This document shows positions 52,195 through 64,000 of a DNA stretch of 64,000 bases, piece by piece (within the stretch, counting starts at the first letter, position 1; every line of letters begins with the position of its first letter). The notes beneath the pieces were generated by a model. That model was not told the origin of the DNA, made no database searches, and was given only the letters and a program-made list of their open reading frames with translations. Origin of the DNA: Octopus vulgaris (Eukaryota); the NCBI GenBank assembly GCA_951406725.2, contig OX597816.1, positions 81,282,001-81,346,000 of the forward strand, written 5' to 3'. A program made the position numbers and the translations under genes.

Positions 52195-53417
52195 GTGACT
52201 AATTTTCAACATTAATTGTAGGAATAACATGTAAGAAAGAATGTAACAGTGAAACGATATCGTAGTATTAAAAAAGAAAAAACATTTAAAACCAAGTCAA
52301 AATCCATTTACCAGTACAAAATATGAAAACATGTATCATGTTAAAAATGTAAACGGAAAAAATGTAATATAACCATACATTTTTAATGAATAGTTTCGCC
52401 ACGTAATTCAGCTGACATCTCGATTCATTGAGACTTAAAATGGTTTCAACTGTATATATGTTGCCTTACTTTCCAGTTCATAACAAGTGTAACTTACATA
52501 GACACGGCATTTAAGTAATTGCTGGTATATTCAATACAGTGAGTATCAAAAGTTATTAGAAATAGTAATGCGAAGAGAAAAGACAGCTTTTGCCCATAGT
52601 TCTATGTAATTTCAGCAAGAATGAGAAGACAACTTGGGAGATACTTTCGTCTTATTAGACTGCCGCTGTGAGTCATAAACTTTACTGCAATTGTCGAAGT
52701 TGAGATGAATACTATACACAAGTGGGATTAAGAAATAAGTATGTTTTAGGAGTCAAACTTTTGTTTTTCTTGTGGATTCTGTCTCTGAGTAATTAACTTC
52801 GAAGGTATTAATCAAAGAAATTATATTTTTTCGTTTGCATCAGTAGTTTAAACACATTTTTGTTAAGGGAACATCTGATACGTGATCTGAATCAGTTTAA
52901 CTTTTCCTATTACATTTTGGTGAGGTCATAAGTCTTAAGAAATATGAAGAGGTGGTATTTTTTTTCTTCAGATCAACATTAGAAACTGACTGAATTCTCT
53001 TTCTTCCAAGGGCCTATGAAACTTGGTTGGCAATTTTATTATATCATAATGCTTTGTAATAGTGTCACTGTGCGTCAAATATAGAAAACAGCAGTTCTTG
53101 CAGAATCCTCCTCGAATATCCATTAACATAGCAATTACTTGAAGATCCCTGCAAAGATCAATTCGGTGATCGCCGTTTAGAAATGCATTAAAAAAGATCG
53201 CCGCGTTACATTAAAGATTCTTTCGAGTGTACCGAGTGAGTGATTGGAACATATGATTTTAAATTTCCATTATGCAATAAAACATCTTTTAAACTTCGCC
53301 GTGATGAAGCATAATAGTCACCATTCACTTATCATGCCTTTCAGATAAACTTGAAAAATGTCCATTAATGTCATGACAGTAACAGAGAAGACCATCACTT
53401 TGGAATAAATTGCTAGA

Positions 53418-53982
53418 TCAAAATTTCACTGTTGTTTTCTTCAAGCAAGTGTGTTTTAAACGAGTCGCGAGAAGCCCAGCTTTATCGCCTGGCGGTTCTA
53501 AATCCTTCACAGGATCACTCAAGTTTCCTTGTATGAAAAGAAGTAGATATACTCCCTTTTGGTTCGTATTCGGAACCTGATGAAAGTTCAGAGTCAACAT
53601 CGAGAATTGCATCTACGTATTTCTTTTTTTATTGAAGTCGAGCTCGTCTTGAGAAAGAATAGAAACAGAGTGTTTCCTCATGAAATACAGATCAACCTGC
53701 AAAATCCTAATTGAGATAAATTATTATATTTATGCTTTTTATGGAAAACATTTTAATACTAACAATGCAAAAATAGTAATCTTTAAGGTGACCTTTCTAT
53801 TACCTACATATCATTGGCACTGAAAAATGCAGGTACCGGTGGCTTGCCTTTAGTGCCCAGTCAAAATAGAGGATGGTTATCATTTTAAGACTTGTAATAT
53901 ATCTCCGTTGTGATTTTGTTGCGAAGCTACCATACACATAGCAAGAATAAGGGTCTGGGTGATTTTTGCATCCTTTTGTCAT
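53418..53982 (-). mobile_element. DNA transposase N-terminal remnant, probably Chapaev3 (CMC)
   Basis: CKNHPDPYSCYVYGSFATKSQRRYIT...FSVPMICR (cf. C.N.PD.FCYICG...F.VPM.WR) and FIQGNLSDPVKDLEPPGDKAGLLATRLK (cf. F.Q.ELNDL.RDL.L.K..AELL.SRLK). Confidence 0.6.
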
Positions 53983-54180
53983 TTTGATAGTTTAGTTACA
54001 ATATTTTATAAACTTCAAACAAAATTTTATGTAAAAATCGCGGAGTTCTTGCAAAACATTTATGCATTTATTAGTAAAATGAAATATTAAAATATATATC
54101 TAAATTGATTCTTAATATGTAAGAGAAGGCAGTGAATTAAAAGATCAAATGGCCATGTCTAAAAATGTATGACTCTGTGT

Positions 54181-54245
<65 letters not shown>

Positions 54246-55289
54246 TGTGTATGTGCGTGCGCGCGTACGTGTACATGTATCTGCGAGGGAAAAACCAAAA
54301 CAGTTTCATAATCAGTGACAAAAAAATACTTTCATTACACCTTTTTGCCTTTTGAGGTATGTTTTTGAAAATTCTAATTTTTCCTACCCACTAGTGTACA
54401 TCATTGGATGTCATCTTGGTGTTTCAGTAAGTGCAATATGTTGAAGAGGTCGAATGAAACTGAAGCATTACCAAAATCGTCTCCTCCTACATGTTGAAGT
54501 TATTAAAATAATTTTTGCTATCAAACTAATGTTAATTTGTCACAGCATAAATATTTTAATTAGATTTTTAATGTTTATGAAAACTGCAAATAGATATAGA
54601 CATCAGAGCTTTGGATAGAATGTTTTGCGATATTTGATAAAGTCTCTGTACTCTGGGTTCGAATCCCATCGGAATCATTTTTGCCTTTCAACCCTTTTAC
54701 AGTCGATAAATAAGGTACCATTCCATGACAGTGGAGTGATGGAATTATTAGACAGTCGAACGATATATCTTGTGATATTTATTGCCTTCTGAATTCGAAT
54801 ACCGCCTCTTCTCACTATCAAAACAAACGGTAAAATTGTATTAGGAATTGGGGGTGATAGTGTCAACAATTTAAAAAAACTAATGGGAACATAGTTTATT
54901 TTATGAAGCGATACAAGTTTTAAGCACACTACATCAAATATACTAACTTCTAACTTAACTGTTGGTTTTCATGTAAATGGCGTTTCTAAGTAATTAACCT
55001 CGGTAACTTGTTTTGTATCACAGATACAGTTCACCTTTTAAGTTTTTTGCTTTTGTTTTTATTTTATAAGAGAAAAATTATTTCAAAATTTTATAACGTC
55101 TAAAGTCAAGTTACAGAAGCGAATAATTTTTTTTTTACATTGAACAAAGAGAATGTAACTCACCCTCTCAGATACACTCAGATACATAAACACATATTCA
55201 CGCAAGCCCAAAGAGGCAAGGATAATCATTATTTATTTTATACGATGATACATGCGTTTGTGCATGTGTCTGTATATATTACATATAAG

Positions 55290-55615
<326 letters not shown>

Positions 55616-55630
55616 ATATATACATATATA

Positions 55631-55665
<35 letters not shown>

Positions 55666-55893
55666 ACAAATATAGGATGAAGTCCCTTTCTCTACAGAAA
55701 AGAATTCCATCAGGAAGCGTGGCAGTATATTAAAAAAACCTTTACGGTTAAAATTATAAACATCTTATAAGCAAGGGCTAAAGAAGATTATTCTAAAGCC
55801 AATATACTGATTATCCATTTATAATCCACTTGCTACAGGAGAACTGAACAGAAATCGGGCAAACTAACCGTTGGAAAATTTAAATTTCGTTAT

Positions 55894-55953
55894 CTCTATA
55901 TTGAATCAATTTCGGAATTAATCTCATAAAGGATTCATTCTTCATCGGTAGAG
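55894..55953 (-). ncRNA. Hammerhead motif, U4C variant
   Basis: CUCUA CCGAUGA a GAAUgAAUC-8nt-GAUUaAUUC c GAAA UUGAUUCAA UA UAGAG. 5-bp stem I, quasi-palindromic stem III AUUGA(U)UCAAU. Confidence 0.7.
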
Positions 55954-55969
55954 CTTACAAGGGAATATA

Positions 55970-56006
<37 letters not shown>

Positions 56007-56022
56007 TTTATTTACACACACA

Positions 56023-56053
<31 letters not shown>

Positions 56054-56741
56054 GCGCGCGCACATATATAAATATAGGCAAATAGAAAATTAAAATTAAA
56101 CAAATAACAAAACACCAAAAACCAAAATATATAAGTGCTTATTTATTTAAGAAATATATATTTACTGTTAAGCATATAAACCGGGTTGATAATAATTCGT
56201 ACAGCAATACATGTCCGCAAATGTCTTCCGTACTTTAGGGAAACATGAAAAAAAATACAAGGCATAGACTAATATTCCGTTTTTCCTTGCTGCATATGTT
56301 ATAGTACTTTAACATCTTAACGCTCCACACAATAAATATTCCAAAACCGATCTTCTGTTTATCATGCTGGTGTAGTGGTGGTGCAGGGCATCTCGGAATA
56401 AATTTTTTCGTAACAATTCTATCTTTCTACGCCAATAAATATACATTTCTAGGTATACACTTCGAGATTCGCATACAACCAGTTTGGTAAGCTAAGGTAA
56501 GTCCACACTTATCAGTGATGATGCTCAATGAAGCAGAAACTTGTCCGGAGTTGTCTCCCGTGTGCGAATGGAAACTGAAAAAAAAATTGATATTATTAAC
56601 CGCCTGCTATTATCATTTTCTCGCAGCATGTTTTATTCTATTTTAGCTTTTTAATACGCCATGCATTAAATATGCTGACACATTGAATGTACCTCGATAA
56701 GAATTGTCATTTCATAATTCCCTTATAACTGAAATACAGCT

Positions 56742-57021
<280 letters not shown>

Positions 57022-57722
57022 AGTGTTTTACCTATTACCTGTAGGAGCGCATACACACCATACAAACGGGTTTTAAAATACGTGCAGATCTACAAATGTG
57101 TGTCACGTGTGCATATATATATATATGCATATATGGATACAGGACGTCACCAACTGTGAAAATAATATGAAGTACGAAAACACAAACGAGCTGAATGCGT
57201 AAACAACGAGAGAAAAAATGGAAAACACGACAAGTAACACAGTTGTCAGCTGTGTATCTACTCCTCATTTCGAGCATTCAACAACTATATGAGTCTTCGA
57301 AGACAGTTGGTCCCATAAATTCCAAAATAAAATTTTTGATTTATTGGAGGGTCAAAGTTAGGAACAAAAACAGGACAATGGTGACATACAAGGAAACCGA
57401 ACGAAAACAGAGATGGAGGGTCGTAAGACCAGAAATATATATATATACACACATATATATATCATATATATATATATACAAGATAAGAAAATGGAGAAAT
57501 ACATCTAAATCAAATATCAATTACCAGAAAATACTCAATCACATACTTTATTAAACCACCACATAAGAGACTGTAGGGTTAAACATAAAAGGCAGAACAA
57601 ACTAGTGTACATAAAGGAATGTACATAAAAAAGTGTACATAAAAGAGTAATGTTGTCTAATAAGTAGAATATATATAAAAAAGAGAATATAAATATAAGT
57701 AAATATAAATATAAGTATAGAT

Positions 57723-57855
57723 TACATCTTACAGCTGTTTCGGCCATGTAGATAAGTATGTCTCATTTTTCCAATATTAGCCTTTTATGGTAGGTCAATA
57801 TATAGATATAAATGAGACATTTACAAAAATATCATAAGGCCTCTTCGGAGATATA
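57723..57855 (-). ncRNA. Hammerhead motif, U4C variant, long stem II
   Basis: UAUAUCU CCGAAGA GGCC..AUGUCUCAUUU/AAAUGAGACAU..GGCC GAAA CAGCUG UA AGAUGUA. 7-bp stem I with one GU pair. Confidence 0.75.
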
Positions 57856-58351
57856 CATATACATATGAGTGCATATACTCACACTCCTATACATATAAAA
57901 ATATACATATACATAATAATGTAAATAAATAATATAAATTAGTAAACATATATATGTTCCACATTCAATGTTTCAGTTTTTCAACTTAATATTGTGATAA
58001 TAAACATACACATATTAGTACCTAGATGCAAATATACATAGTCAATAGTACATTATATTACGTCCTACTAATTTCCAAAGTGTCATTAAAGTTAGCATCA
58101 TTATCGTTGTCATCCCATGGAGGGTTGCATTTACAACCTCTATCTCAATTTGTATATATATATATATATAACGAAGTAATGGGGCAAGACAGTGTTTACG
58201 TGTAATCACAATTTAGGTAAGTTGAAATATGTTTGTCATATATTTCAACTGGTAAAAGCAAATAGACTGCAGTTACCGTGGCGAAAAAATCTCTGTTATG
58301 GTAAAATCATGTGGAAATGTACATCTGTGTGTGTGCATGTGAGTGTATATA

Positions 58352-58575
58352 CAAGGTGACCCAAAAGTAGGTTTACAGTTATCACGTAGGCACTTCGAAT
58401 TTCTATTAAAACATTTTATTACATTTAAATTTCTATCTTATTATTACATTTAAATTTCTAACTAAATTAGCATAGAATAATGGTTTCATATTTTTTTTAT
58501 AATTTAAATCTAATCTGTTAATATATGAATGCGAAAGAGATAGTTAAATACCTGTAAACCTACTTTTGGGCCAGC

Positions 58576-58578
<3 letters not shown>
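58352..58578. mobile_element. Tc1/mariner-type MITE (copy 2)
   Basis: Same TIRs as 44919-45131, TA flanks, and an internal duplication of TTATTACATTTAAATTTCTA. Confidence 0.88.
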
Positions 58579-58611
<33 letters not shown>

Positions 58612-58643
58612 TTTATTTAAAGCAGCAGTAAATTCAACAAAAC

Positions 58644-58679
58644 CTGTTACTGAGTTTCCCGTTGCCGTTCGTCGGACAG
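58644..58679 (-). ncRNA. Hammerhead motif, U4C variant, tiny stem II
   Basis: CUGU CCGACGA a CG-GCAA-CG g GAAA CUCAG UA ACAG, in a (TA)n-flanked insert at about 58611-58820. Confidence 0.6.
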
Positions 58680-58817
58680 TTTTTGCTAGAATGGAACCGA
58701 TATGTGAATTCTATCCAGACTATTACAAACGCTACACCTTTAAAAAATGGACTTGTTTGATTGGCCCTTTAGAAATAACGGCCAATTTTCGAGCGATAAA
58801 CAAAGATGAGTTCAAAA

Positions 58818-58859
<42 letters not shown>

Positions 58860-59160
58860 ATATTTTTTAAATATTTAAAAAATATTAAAAATATTAAAAA
58901 ATATAAAAATATAAAAATATATAAAAAATATTAAAAATATTAAAAAATATTTTTAAAAAATATTAAAAAAAATATATTTAAAAATTTATAAAATTCGAGG
59001 AAAAACCTTACATTGAATAAAATACATATTGACCTTAATGAAGGAAATATAATTAATACATGGAAATTGAAATGCATTAAAAATATGCATTAAAAATATA
59101 ACACAGCAATACATATTCATATTAAAGTATACATATATATCAACATACACAGAATAGATG

Positions 59161-59372
59161 CGTCGAATTGGCAGAATTGTTAACAAGCCGGGCGAAAAGC
59201 TACTAAGCATTTAGCTCCTCTGCACGTTCTCAATTCGAATTTCAACGAGGTCGACTTTGCTTTTCATTCTATCGAAGTCGATAAAATAAATACCAGTTGA
59301 GTACTGGGGTAGATATAATCGATTTAGCCCCTCCTCCGAAATTGCTGGTCTTGTGCCAAAATTCGAAACCAA
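59161..59372 (+). mobile_element. Meta-domain SINE
   Basis: Diverged head and core, tail GCCAAAATTCGAAACC. Confidence 0.8.
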
Positions 59373-59392
59373 TATATGAGTATTGAAAACAT

Positions 59393-59795
59393 GGCGGCGA
59401 GCTGGCAGAAACGTTAGCACGCCGGGCGAAATGCGTAGCCGTATTTCGTCTGCCATTACGTTCTGAGCTCAAATTCCGCCGAGGTCGACTTTACCTTTCA
59501 TCCTCTCGAGGTCGATAAATTAAGTACCAATTACGCACTGGGGTCGATATAATCGTCTTAATCCGTTTGTTTTTTCCTTGTTTGTCCCCTCTGTGTTTAG
59601 CCCCTTGTGAGTAGTAAAGAAATAGGTATTTCATCCGCCTTTACCTCCTTCTGAGTTCAAATTTCGCCGAAGTTGAGTTTGCCCTCCATCCTTTCGGGGT
59701 CAATAAAATAAGTACCAGTTGGGCACTGAGGAAGATAAAATCAACTTACCCCCTCCCCCGAAATTGCTCGCCTTGAATCAAAATCTGTAACCAAT
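59393..59795 (+). mobile_element. Meta-domain SINE with two internal units
   Basis: Matches the 10050 family. Confidence 0.88.
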
Positions 59796-60017
59796 ATATT
59801 TGTTGGTGTGTGTGTATGTATTGTAAATATAAATATTTTATACAAGATTATACATTTAATACGAAAACTCATATTAACTATGAGAAATGAATACGGTAAA
59901 CGTATATTAAATAAAATTTGCATATTGAGAAGTTTCACTGGAACGGCTTTATATATAGGACATGCCATGATGATATTTATACTATGTATGTATGGAATGC
60001 ATGTTGTGTTCATTATT

Positions 60018-60410
60018 CTTTTCTACTCTAAGCACAGGGCCCGAAATTTGGGGAGAGGGGGCCAGTCGATTAGATCGACCTCAGTACGCAACTGGTACTT
60101 AATTTATCGACGCCGAAAGGATGAAAGGCAAAGTCGACCTCGGAGGAATTTCAACTCAACGTAAAGACAGAACGTTTCTTATTTCTTTACTGCCCACAAG
60201 GGGCTACACACAGAGAGAATAAACAAGGACAGAAAAACGGATTAAATCGATTATATCGACCCCAGTGCATAACTGGTACTTATTTAATCGACTCCGAAAG
60301 GATGGAAGGCAAAGTCGACCTCGGCACAATTTGAACTCAGAACGTAGCGGCAGACGAAATACTGCTAAATATTTCGCTCGGCGTGCTAACGTTTCTACCA
60401 GCTCGTCGCC
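60018..60410 (-). mobile_element. Meta-domain SINE with two internal units and a 17-bp TSD
   Basis: TSD ATGTTG(T/C)GTTCATTATT at 60001-60017 and 60413-60429. Confidence 0.9.
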
Positions 60411-63269
60411 TTATGTTGCGTTCATTATTGAAAAAATTATACTAGTTTTGATAAATGAATTTTGGCTGTAACCTAGCAGAGTAACGTATGATATTTTCTA
60501 ACAAGTTTTTACCAAATTCGTGGAATGTAATTTATGTTGTATCATTTATTAAAATACCATCTTCTGTATAAAGTAATTTTTGACAGGACAGGTATACCAG
60601 CATATATACACGAAGATATACGAACACACACGCATGTGAGCGAGCGAGAGCGCGTGCACATACACACACATACACACACACAAACAGACAAACAAACAAA
60701 CACGAATAAACAAACACATACAAAATAGGGAAACGTGTCAAGTAGTACGAATTTCAGAGTAGCGACAAAATAAAACCCCAGCTTTTAATAACCATACTTG
60801 CATATTTACATATATACAGGCTTACATGCATACACATACATACATACATACATACATACATACATACATACATACATACATACATACATACATACATACA
60901 TACATACATACATACGTGGAATCGTACGTACTTATATTCATATCTACAGAGATTGTTACACTTGCTTCAAAGATAAGTGCTGATGAGTGAGGTAGCGGAG
61001 GTGGTGGTGGTGGTGATGCTGATGGTAATGGATGTGGTTGACGTCGGTGTTAAGTGAAAAGATGGACTATTGAGGGATTTATTTTTTTATATCTATTTTT
61101 GTCTTTATCTACATGCATATTTATCTATTTATTTACTTACAACCATAACTTTCGGTGAGCAACACTGAAAACTGAAAGCTAATACGTTTGTGTTAACTTC
61201 GTTAAATTACGAACCGTTAGTTATTGCTTATTTGGCATTTAGAGACATGAAGGCGTCGTCGAACGCTTGAACTAGCATCTCACTGCTGGCTTATTATTGT
61301 TCCAAAATTATCCATCCCGAACGTGTAGTTGGTATCCAATTCCGTAGTGATAATTTAGCATGTCGCCGCCAAGGAACTACTTTTTCTTTTAATTGTTAGA
61401 TTAGAAGACACGCGTAATCAGACATAATAAGGAATGTAGTTGTATACATACATTTAGTAAATAGTACACTGTGTAGTTTAGTTACGGTGAGTCATTCAGG
61501 AAGACCGATACATAACTAGGCAATTAATAAATTAGCGCGGATAGAGTAGGCATTTGGCAGGAATGGCTCGGGTGTGAAACAAAATAGTTTACAGGATATG
61601 ATTTATTCCTCTTTGGTTCTAAGTCTAAATCTCGGTACCAATTTCAATTGTGTCTTTTCTACCTTCTAGCAGTCATTAAGTAAAAGACACTAAGTCGCTA
61701 CAAAATATTAGTTCTGTGACTATTGACTTTAGGGAATACTATTTTTTAGGGGAATAGTATTTTTAGCGAATAACATTTTCTAAATTCAAAGAATCTCTAA
61801 TGTATTAGTGTATATTAAATATACTTTATACCCTCTTCTCACAAATGTGAGGCTCTTCACACTCAACACTGATAGAATTTATAAAGAGGACTAAGGATTG
61901 AATCAAGAATATTATTGGTAGAGCATAAATGAACGAATTGATATATAAACATTACTGGTCAACCAGCAGAGATTCTTAAACCTCAATTTTCCTATCTATG
62001 AGACCTAGATACAACCACAGCAAATTTTATTCTCGATAAATTATTGTCTTATCCTAAGTTAAGTGAGGAGAATAAAAAATAAGCTAACCTACTATGAAAA
62101 AGTTGACTCCATAAGCGGAAGTGTCTTGATAATAAGTGATGTTTTATTAATATAAGAACTGATTTGTAATTCATTTCTGGTTCTGAAGATGAAAATAGTA
62201 ATCCTTTCACGCCTCAGCCCAATACCAGAAACCCTCAATTATTTTTTATTCTGATCCATTTCATCCATTGCATTCAGGCCCTAGCTCAGGTTACGATCCA
62301 CATGAAGATTGTAATGGACAACAGACCATCTCACATCAAATCCATTTGACACTAACTACCTTCTCAGTGATATTATGCACTTGTGCACAAAACTGAGGTG
62401 GGATTCTATTTAATTAGACTTTTCTTTCGTTTAACTTTTGTGGTGAACTCCAGCAAATTATTGAGAGTGCTTTTATGTATATTGTGGAAGATAAAATTCG
62501 TATATTCAGCTGTAATATGTACAATGCCTATTATATATTCATCCATAAATGGTAAACTTTTCAAGTGGTAGACTTAAGCTATCAGTTGGTTTAACACCAC
62601 TACCTTGCCGTTGAGAGCTTTTAGTGGAATCTACTCTGTTACAGTGATTCGGACCATGTTTCCAGTATGAAGATAACTGATATCTGGGTGCTCTTTTTCT
62701 CCGCTACACATTCCGTGCATATTGCCCCCGTTTGTTAGAAGTTTAAAATCGTTTTCCAGCTGAGGCTCGGAGCGAAAGAATACTGGGGTCCTACCTCATG
62801 GGTAACTCCTAGACATGCCACCATAAATGTTTGCAAGCACACCTCTGATCTTACACGCTTATTTGCTATTCTGACAGGGACTAATTACCAGTTAGCTGCA
62901 ACGCAAGTCCTGGTTTCTTCCCTTTCTTACACTAGTGTTGGGGATCCCACAAAAGTCATTAGGTGCTACTTGCCATTAAAAAAAAATCAGAACACGTCAG
63001 TTACAATGAGTACATCCCTTTCAATATATGGATACAAAATTTCGTCAGTAGTTTCCAATTATAGTTCTATTGACTCCAGAGATCATTGATTGTTTTGTTT
63101 TCTTTTTGTTTTTTACTTTAGTGCACAAACAAATATTTGTAAAGGATATGATGTAGTCTGTTGACTGAACGCCAGCATTTTACTTGCTTTATTGATCCTG
63201 ACAAGACTTGGACAGAGAATGAAAAGGAATGTAGGTTTTCTTTACTTGCCAGATCTGGAGGAAGGAGCA

Positions 63270-64000
63270 GTGATTGTGGTCTTGATAGGTCATCCCGACT
63301 TGCAACTTAACATAGCAAAAAGGCATAAGCAGGAAAGGAATCTCAAAGATCCAACGTTATGGACAAGGACTGGGCGTAATGATTAGTGCGGGTCCTGTGG
63401 AATTGAACACAAGTGCGATGAGGAGGGAAAGACGAGTAGGTCGGGAATGCTCGAGTGGGAGCAGTATGAATCTAATCCGAGAATTAGACAGAAGAAAGAA
63501 CACTCTTCTGGGACAGAAGATGGTGCGTGTCTTTGTATTATTTAGATGGCTCTTTTCTGGTTGTGTTTTCGGATAACTATGTTGGAGCAATTGTACCGCC
63601 CCTGATGTGAGAGCTACACTCATTTAAGGGTCTCACCTAAGCTTTGTAGAATGTCAATATATGTTAGAGGGTGTTCCTCATGTTACTCTGAAGAGAAGGG
63701 TCAGTTGTTGTGATGTGATCCTAGCTACTTTTGCCCGGAGATGTTGATGATAATGAGGCCCAAAATTTGGAGTGATTCTCAAGGATCTTGTTGCGTGCTG
63801 TTCGTGTTTAAGAAGGTGTTGAACGGTGATGTTTTCTGAATATTAGTAACTTTTTGTTTTCTTGATGTGGTGTTTAAAAGAAACATAATTGGTATATTTC
63901 TATCAGAGAATGGTTTCAAGATCTCTGCTCATGGAATCAGTTTGTCATGTGACTCTAGCCTGAAGAGTGTTAGAGAAGAATGATGTATAGTGTCATATGT
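63270..64000 (-). mobile_element. Degenerate CR1/L2-group LINE 3' fragment
   Basis: ESLQILGLII, VARITSQQLTLLFR, LTFYKA*VRP and ECSSHIRGG (cf. MEYCSHIWGG). Confidence 0.75.

Overview
This is AT-rich, microsatellite-dense eukaryotic non-coding DNA (intergenic or intronic). Its SINE families and repeat texture resemble an octopus (coleoid cephalopod) genome; that assignment is an inference. I find no credible host protein-coding exon, and nearly every ORF in the track is a microsatellite or repeat artefact. The window is a transposon graveyard: three tRNA-derived SINE families; degenerate LINE fragments (CR1/L2-like, I/Jockey-like, RTE and R4/Dong-type RLE); Penelope-like remnants; one full-length dead Tc1 element; several Tc1/mariner MITEs; and a probable Chapaev3 remnant. 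The strongest hidden signal is about 15 minimal Type I hammerhead-ribozyme motifs (stem I-CUGANGA-stem II-GAAA-palindromic stem III-UH-stem I) on both strands. They sit in many sequence-unrelated short elements, most of them in or beside (TA)n or other microsatellites. They include a 427-bp partial tandem with a canonical hammerhead (retrozyme-like), G3-C8 and U3-A8 covariant cores, and recurrent U4C and A6U cores. All structures were folded by eye and no search or folding program was run.
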